Assembly (NCBI RefSeq): GCF_009914755.1
Contig: NC_060935.1
Reading direction: 5' to 3' (one strand)
Length of the DNA stretch: 64,000 nucleotides
From: the human T2T-CHM13v2.0 reference genome, Homo sapiens
Below, in pieces: positions 50,250-64,000 of this stretch. Numbering within the stretch: position 1 is the first letter of the stretch; every line of letters starts with the position of its first letter. The position numbers were made by a program, and so were the translations under genes. Below the pieces are notes generated by a model that ran no database searches, was not told the DNA's origin, and saw only the letters and a list, made by a program, of their open reading frames with translations.

Positions 50250-53200
50250 TATGTGATGACTTCTTAGCTCACTTATGCCCACTGACCATAATAACATTTG
50301 TGCTTTGATTCCAGGAGATTTGGGGAATCAAATTGGTAGGCCATGACTTGTTTCAATAGCCTGATGGTGTTTTCTTCTATGGCTTGGATCACAGGCTAAG
50401 TGAATCTCAAAGTGTCATTAAAAGTTTAATAAAGATAAATCCATTTGACATCACTAGGAGCTATGACTACTGGTCCTTTGTAATAACACTACAAGTTCAG
50501 TTGTGGCTCTGGGCCCTAACAAGCACTCTTTAAGGCTATTTAAAGCAGTGATTCTGCTATTGTTATAGTGCCTTAGTATTTATCATATTACTGGCTTTGC
50601 TTGATGTAATGGAGTATGTCTCTATTCTTCCCATCATTATACATCATTCATCTCATATATCCAAGTGGCCACATGAAAATCCTGGGACAAAGGCTTTCTA
50701 TTCCTTTTTAAAAAAGAGTCATTGTCATTTCTTTTGTGTTACTAGGATGTGAAATATATGGTATATTTGATAAGGTTTCTAAAATATCTCTGATGATCAT
50801 GGACCATTTTGTTCCAAGGAACTTGCCTGATTAGTCCAAACTCTGTATTTTGGCTAGACTGATCAATTATCCATGGGGAAAATAATAAACATATTTTGCC
50901 TTTTTTTCTACATGAAACTGAACTATTCATGTTTTTCCTTTGATTCTAAAAGTTCATCTCAAAGCATAAAGAGATGGAAATTGCAATTAAATTTTGAAAG
51001 AATAATGAGCTATTCTGGATAAGACAGATTATAAGGTTATAACAATAAAACAATGTGGTACTGTTTCAAATATATACATATGTAAATAAACAGTAGGATT
51101 TATATATTACTTCAGTTTCCTATACATATTTACATTAAGGATGTTTTATTTAAGATGTTTTTGTTACAAATGACAGAAAAATCAAACTATGTTGAAATAG
51201 GATATTTATTGTTGGCTGACATAAGTGTAAAATTCAATGTTATATAAAGCTTCATGGTAAGTGGATAAAATTGATTAATTATTTAATGAAGGAGCTCTAT
51301 TGTTTGTTCATTGTATCTGGCGTGTCACATGTTGGATTTAATATCGCTCTCCTGTCACAATAAGGGTTGCTCTCTGTAGCCATTGAGAAAAGGTTCTTTT
51401 AAAAACTGTGGCAGAAGTAATTGACCTGATTATGATGTGGAATGGAGGTGTTATAACACAATTGTAGCAGGCAATGATATATTCGTCTTCCAGGTGACTG
51501 ACATGGGCACATCCTGTCATGCCCTTTTCTAATTGTGATAGTAAGTGAGAAAGTCCAAAAAGTAAAAAAATAAAAAGAATCCAGTTCTGAATGAGTATAG
51601 TGAACAGGGATGAGTCACTTTGAGGATGAAGGTCTAAGCCACACCTTTAAGTAAGTCATAAGATCAGTAGCGGTGCTAGTAAAAGGTGAAGTGGGAGAAA
51701 TAGAATTGACAATGAAGGAATAAGATGGTAAATGGCAGTTGCAACTCTATGATCGGCCACGGTGGCAAGAGATGTCATTTGTCCCTTAACCTTTCTCTTC
51801 TAATTTCACCCCAGGAAGAGAATCCTGAAGGAGCTGTTATCATGTGTATATCAAGAAATGGATTCAAGTGACCTAAGAGGTGGACTCTGATAGGTATAAG
51901 AATGTACTTCTTTGCCCTCTCTTTATGAAAGAAAGATATATTTTTCCAGTTGCTGGGCATGCTGTTAGTAGACAACCTTCAGATATTAGCCCTTTCAATA
52001 TCAGTAGAAGCTGTAGAAAGCCACCTCACCAAAGGCCTCATGTCCTTTTCCAGAGAATTCCCTTTTTGCATCTAGATCAGTATTTAGGTTCAGGTATCAC
52101 TAGAGTGCAAGTGGGAAATATGGCCTTGTTGTAGAAGGAAATATTTCATTTGATTAGCAAATTGCAGCTTCTAAATAATATGCACAGACAAGAATTGGAG
52201 GAAAGTGTGGAAATGGATCTTGTGGATATTGGAACAAAAAAGGCAAAGTAGATGGCTGCATGGGGCAATGTTTATTAGCATTGGGATAATTTCTCAGAAT
52301 ATATGTGGCATGGGTATATGATGACTAAAATTTGCTGAGCACATACTCTGTGTCAAACATATGGGAAAGAGCATTTCAATTTCTCAGGTAAGGATTGTCC
52401 AGCTGGCATTGTTACTCACCCTTTAGGAGGCCATTCCAATGTCCCATTTGTTCAGCTTCTGGGTGATGAGAAATGTGGTTATACCAGTAAATTCTATTGT
52501 GGTGAGTGATATGTTTTACTTTATTTACTAGAAATGTTTCTTCTGGATAGAGAATAAATGAGATACCATAGCAACCAATAATGGATTCTACTCCATGAAT
52601 AATAAATAAGGCAAGTGCTAGGACAAATATATAACCAGAATGTATGATGACAAAATGCTGTCTTCTCCATACGGAGGACTTGCAGTGAAGTAAGCTGTCC
52701 TAGGGTTGTTGGCTGGCTTATCTTGTTATTTGTACCATGTTAAGAAGCCAATGATGGACATTGCTGATGGCATTTTAGACCCTGAGGTTTTGTAGAGTAC
52801 TCATCTCTGTCACAGTGACTGCAAAGGTAACTGGGAAAAAGACTGACTGACATCCAAAGTGCAGTTCATGTTTATGAGATTCCTGAAGGCTTCCTCTGCA
52901 GTAGTTTCTTTTTGTTAGGTATTTATGTCAGAAACTAACATTGTAGTATTTGGTGTTCATTTTGAGAGATTCATCCACATGTGGTTCTTCCAACTACTTT
53001 GTCATCATTTTTCCATTTTTAAATTTCCAATTTCCTCATTAGCTCATCCAATCTGTGAGACAGTATCCCTTTTCAGCGTAGATCCATAAGTATGGTTATT
53101 ATTCCTTCCACATACAGTGGAAAACCAGACTGACTGATCAAAATACTGCCCTTGGGAGGCTTTTCCTTCACTCCAGTGCTTCCAGACCACCTTCTGGGGA

Positions 53201-53967
53201 CAGTGCAGCATTTGCAGAATTTTGTCTGTTTTTGTCATTCCATGCAGATTGGTTACTCCTTTTGTTGTTGTCATCTTTAAAACATAGTTTGTTTTTTATT
53301 TTCTATAACTTTATTGAAGTGTATTTGACAAAAATGTATAATATATATTTAAGATATGCAATGTGATGTTTTGTTAAATGTATACATTGTGAAATGATTA
53401 CTAAAATCAACATGTTCATTACATCACATAGTTATCTTTTGTGTGTGGTGAGAATATTTAAGATGTATTTTCTTAGCAAACTTCAAGTGTACAGTATGGT
53501 ATTACCAAGTACAGTCTCTATGCTGTAACTTAGCTCTCCAGAAATTATTCATTCTGCATAACTGAAACTTTGTCCTGTTTGACCAACATCTCCTCATTTC
53601 TCCCTCCCCACAGTCCCTAGCAATCACCATTCTACTCTCTACTCTTATGAGTTTGACTTTTTTTTTTTTAGATTCCACATTTAATTGAGATCATGTAGTC
53701 TTTACCTTCAGTGTGGAGAAAAGGGAACCCTTCTACATAGTTGGTGGGAATGTAAATTGATACAGCCATTATAGAAGATGCTAAGGAGGTTAATACTACC
53801 ATATGATCTAGCAATCCCACTAGTTGGTATGTATCAAAAGAAAATGAATTAGTATCTTGAAGAGATACCTGCACTCCCATGTATGCTGCAGCATTATTCA
53901 TAATCACCAAGATATGGAAACAACTTAGGTGTCCATCAACAGATGAATGAATAAAGGCAAAGTGACA

Positions 53968-53973
53968 TCTATC

Positions 53974-54013
<40 letters not shown>

Positions 54014-54030
54014 CTATCATGTATCTATCT
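53968..54030. repeat. (TCTA)n tetranucleotide microsatellite
   Basis: About 10 perfect units plus variants. Confidence 0.93.
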
Positions 54031-54122
54031 AATGTGCACATGCACACATATACTCACGTAATATATGGTATTATTAACTACAGACATTATGCTGATGCTG
54101 TACCTTAGATCACCAGTATTAC

Positions 54123-54835
54123 TGTAATACCAAAGGTCTTTGCCTTAGCCACACCAAAGAATTGTGGTGGCTGCCCGCGGTGAGTGATAGAGATAGGGAC
54201 CCATAGAGAGAAAAACCTGTAGGCTTTATTGGGCAGAGTGAAAATACAAAGCTTCCACAGCATGGAAGGGGTCCTGAATGGGTAGCCATTCTTGGTTTTG
54301 GGTGATTGCCTTTTAAACTCTTTAAGATGGGAGATACATGTGGTGGGAAGATGTTACCAGAGTGAGAAACAAAGGTAGTAAATTATTTTGTGACATGTCT
54401 AGATTTTGAGGAAAACCAGAATTGCAACTTAGGTTTTATCTACTTTATGACCTTGTAGCGGCATGGCAAAGGAGACAGGATCTCACAGGACTTTACAAAA
54501 TATGTTTACAAGGAATTGGAATTGGGAGTAGAGATAAGGTCCACTGGTCACAGAAAAATGGGCAATTAACATTTCTTTTACTTTAGTTTCGGGGGAAGGG
54601 GAAGGGAGAGAAGAAAAAAGGACACACGGAAACTTAAAGCAAAATTTTCGCTGTTTATAGCTTTCTAGGGGGAAGAAAACACATGCACAAATCTGGGTGT
54701 TAGGAATATTTTAAACATATATCTTCAGTATTATTCATCCAGGACTGAAAAAAGTCCTGACTCAGGAAAAGAGTGAGTTTCACAGCTTTCTGAACCCCTA
54801 CTCAACCCAGGAAGCCCAACTGGCCCCTCCTCTCA
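54123..54835 (-). mobile_element. ERV1 solo LTR (LTR30-like), 713 bp
   Basis: TG...CA termini and a 4-bp TSD ttac (54119-54122, 54836-54839). The reverse complement starts TGAGAGGAGGGGCCAGTTGGGCTTCCTGGG. Confidence 0.8.
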
Positions 54836-55089
54836 TTACTTTAACCAACATTTATACCTTTTCCCCTTTGTATTTGTATATTTAATGCAATAATATTACA
54901 TAATAAAATATTATTCAACACTTCAAAAGAACATTCTGTTATTTTGACAACATTAATTAACCTGGAAGACTTAATAACCTCTTTGTTTTTAATTGATAAA
55001 CAGTAATTGTATGTATTTGTGGAGTACAGTGTGATATTTCTATATCATATGTGATAACACAGATGTACCCAGAGGACATTATGCTAAGT

Positions 55090-56300
55090 GAAATGATTTC
55101 TTGAATAGATATTTAGTGCACTGATTTTCAGTCTTTATTATTTTCTAGCAAACACAAGTAATATTTTAGCTGAGTCTCACAAGATTTGATAGGTTGTATT
55201 TTCATTATTATTAGGCTCAAAGAATTTTTAACTTCTGTGATTTATTTTTACTAATGGATTATTTAGAAGTGATTTAATTAATTTTGAGACATAGAAAATT
55301 TCTGGCTAATTTTAGTTTTTTTATTTTCTAGCTGATTTTCTTGATGTTTAGTGATATATTTTATTATTAGGATTATTTGAAATTCATTGAGAGTTGCTTT
55401 ATGAACAAGTATATGATTGATTTTTGAAAATATTTCATATGCTCCTGAAAAGAATGTGTATTTTGCAGCTGTTGCATGTGATGATCTCTCATGTCAATGG
55501 GTCAGATTTATTAATGGTTTTGTTTAAATTTTAAATATCTTTATAAATTTTTGTGTGTGTATATTCTAGCACTTAGAGTTGTGCTAAAATCTTCCTGTAT
55601 TATTGCTGATTTGCCTATTTCTCCCTTTAGGTCAGTCTATTTTTAAAAAACAACTTATAAAGTTGTGCTTTTGGGTGCACACCAATTTATAACTTTATCA
55701 TCATGTTACTAATCTTTTGTCATTATACAAATTTATTTCTGGCAATATTTCTTGCCTTGAAGTCTAGTTTTGTCTGATATTAACATAGGTATAGTGTTGT
55801 TTTGGTCAGAGTTTATGCAGTTTGTTCTATTATTTTATTTTCACATTTTTACCCTGTTATTTAAGATGTTTCTCTTATAAAGCTCTTACCATTGTGTTCT
55901 ATTTTTAAATAGATAAAATTAATTATGTATTGAATTTAAATCCATTACTTTTCTCTTGGTTTCATGTTTATTAATGTTACCTATGATAATATTCATTTTA
56001 TTTATTCCTATATTTCTTCTTTCAGTTAGTCTTCCTTATTTCCTGCATTTCATTTTTTTAATTTCAGAGCTTTTTACTCCTTTATGAACATCATTCTTCA
56101 GAGCTCTTATTCTATAGTTTGTGGCTGGTTCTAGAATCTCGAAATACTTTTTTTAATTAGTCGGAACACTGCATTTTACATTCACTTCTGTGAGATTTTA
56201 AATGGATTCTATGTTGACATTTATATTCATTTATCACTGTGAAGAAGTATTTCCTTTTTCTTTTGGTTTTCACTGCATCTTTTAAGAAGCGGTTTGTCAG
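55090..56300 (-). mobile_element. Degenerate L1M fragments
   Basis: Reverse-L1 motifs gaaaagaatgtgtattttgcagctgttg and ttttgtctgatattaa. Confidence 0.55.
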
Positions 56301-56315
56301 TCTTATTATTGTCTC

Positions 56316-56390
56316 TTCCTTCCTTCCCTTCTTCCTTCATTCCTTCCTTCGTTCCTTCCTTCCTTCCTTCCTTCCTTCCTTCCTTCCTTC
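56316..56390. repeat. (TTCC)n, the expanded tail of the adjacent Alu
   Basis: TTCC array that continues on the far side of the LTR2 insertion. Confidence 0.9.
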
Positions 56391-56848
56391 TGTAGCAGGA
56401 CGAGCCACAGACAAAAGTCCTCAGACACCGAGTTAAAGAAGGAAGGTGTTTATTCGGCCGGAGGCATCGGCAAGACTACTGTCTCAAGAGCCGAGCTCCC
56501 CAAGTGAGCAATTCCTGTCCCTTTTAAGGGCTCACAACTCTAAGGGGGGTGCATGTGAGGGGGTCTTGATTAATTGAGCAAGCAGGGGGTACGTGACTGG
56601 GGGCTGCATGCATCGGTAATTAGATCGGAACAAAACATGATAGGGATTTTCACAGTGCATTTCTATACAATGTCCGTAATCTATAGATAACATAACTGAT
56701 TAGGTCAGAGGTCGATCTTTAACTACCAGGCCCAGGGTGCGATGCCAGGCTGTCTGCCTGTGGATTTCATTTTAGCCTTTTAGTTTTTACTTCTTTCTTT
56801 GGAGGCAGAAATTGGGCATAAGACGATATGAGGGGTGGTCCCATCCCT
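56391..56848 (-). mobile_element. LTR2-type (HERV-E) solo LTR
   Basis: The reverse complement reads ...GACCACCCCTCATATCGTCTTATGCCCAATTTCTGCCTCCAAAGAAAGAAG...GCTCGTCCTGCTACA. Confidence 0.85.
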
Positions 56849-56876
56849 CCCTTCCTTCCTTCCTTCTTCTTTCTTC

Positions 56877-57152
56877 TTTTTTTTTTTTTTTTTTTTTGGC
56901 AGAGTCTTGCTCTGTCACCCACCCTGGAATGCAATGGCACCATCTTGACTCACTGTAACCTCTGCCTCCCAGGTTCAAGCAATTCACCTGCCTCAGCCTC
57001 CTGAATAGCTGGGATTACAGGCACCTGCCACCACACCTGGCTAAATTTTGTATTTTTAGTAGAGACTAGACTTCACAATATTGGCCAGTCTGGTCTCAAA
57101 CTCCTGGCCTCCCAAGTGCTGAGATTACAGGCATGGGCCACCATGCCTGGGC
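56877..57152 (-). mobile_element. AluS with a short internal deletion
   Basis: Poly-T then cagagtcttgctctgtcacc...ccaccatgcctggg; TSD-like cttattatt at 56302 and 57152. Confidence 0.93.
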
Positions 57153-58189
57153 TTATTATTATTTTCTTGAATGCAGTATGTTCTTAACATTTTTGTCCAT
57201 ATTTTGTTTTTATTCTGCTGTCCATTTTCTTTTTATCCTTTTAAAACAAATTTTTCTTTTTAAAATTCATTTTTCATGAAACTTAACAATTTATGAATTC
57301 ATAGTTTAATATCTTTCAGCAGTTTTAGATAATTTTCAGCTGTATCTCCTCTAATATTTTGCCTACCTGATTCTCTTTCTCTCCTGTTCCTGGAATTGTA
57401 ATTAAATTAAAAGTATGCCAGAGTTTTGCACTGTGTTCTTTATATCTCTTTTATATTGTTTTGCGCATTTGCTTTTTTTGCTTTCTGCTTTGGTCTGCAT
57501 ATTTTCTTCTAATATTTGTTGCAGTTTACTAACTCTCCAATTTTTTGTCTCTAATTTGCTGTTAAATCCAACCATTGTGTTTTTGTTATATTTTAGTTTT
57601 CCAATTTACTTGGTTTATTTTATGATCTATCTTGTGCTTTAATATTTGTACACACTAAGCTTATTTAAAAATAATTATTCTTCATTATCTGGATCATCTA
57701 TGTTTGTTTTTATTGCACTTGCCTTTCAATAAGGCTATATCTTCTATACTTTGTTACTTTTTTTGAGTGCCCGATTTTGCATATGAAAAGTGGCAATTCA
57801 TGAATTTTTTGGATGTTTTTGTTTCTTTAAGAGAGAATTTCCTGTGTTTCTACTGAGGAGTAGGGATTGGAGAAGTAAAAAAATCCCAGATAGTCTTAAT
57901 TCAATCAAGAAATTAGATGATGCAAGCTGGACTTCAGTTCCTTTGAGAACTGCCCCAATGTCTGTGCATTCCTACTCCAAGAGTAAATCCTTCTGTGGTC
58001 TCAAGTGAAAGCCTTGTTGTTTATAAAGGACTCTTTTCCTTGGTAGACCTTGAATTTTACATGTTATCACTCAGGGTAAAGCATATACAGAAAGTTTCAC
58101 ACAGCTTTTCAGGCTTTCATTTACGGCTTTTAGAATTATTTCACTTTTAGAGAAAGGAGACTGTAAATGTGGGGTTTTGCTCTCTAGCT

Positions 58190-58315
58190 TTCTTTTTCTT
58201 TTTTGTGACAGGGTATTGCTGACTCAAGCTGGACAGCAAGCTTGGACTCAAAACTCCTGGGATCAAGGGATTCTCCCACCTCAATCTTAAAAATAGCTGG
58301 GACTACATAACATGC
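58190..58315 (-). mobile_element. Degenerate FLAM/Alu monomer ending at the THE1 insertion
   Basis: ttttgtgacagggt...aactcctgggatcaagggattctcccacctca...tagctgggactaca. Confidence 0.6.

Positions 58316-64000
<5,685 letters not shown>

Overview
AT-rich primate (human-like) genomic DNA from an olfactory receptor (OR4A) cluster; the intact gene is recognisable as OR4A15, which I recall lies on chr11q11. The window holds one intact single-coding-exon OR (2213-3157), a full-length OR4A pseudogene (22768-23714, one nonsense codon plus a 1-bp frameshift) and a 110-bp OR remnant (45815-45924). The non-repeat sequence is an ancient tandemly duplicated OR unit present as three rearranged, partly deleted copies. 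Comparing the copies exposes empty insertion sites, deletion junctions and a mosaic history. Repeats include three large L1PA elements, two copies of one MST (MaLR) provirus, THE1, LTR2 and LTR30-like solo LTRs, Alus, MIR/L1M/MLT relics and scrambled ERV-L pol remnants. I see no prokaryote-type system, CRISPR array or RNA gene. The most unusual signal: two L1PA elements at unrelated sites and in opposite orientation share many non-consensus substitutions, including the same ORF1 and ORF2 stop codons, and a third, older L1 carries patches of the same variants. This suggests local L1-L1 gene conversion, or trans-mobilisation of a dead element. Repeat subfamily names and L1 consensus comparisons are from memory and need RepeatMasker/Dfam confirmation.
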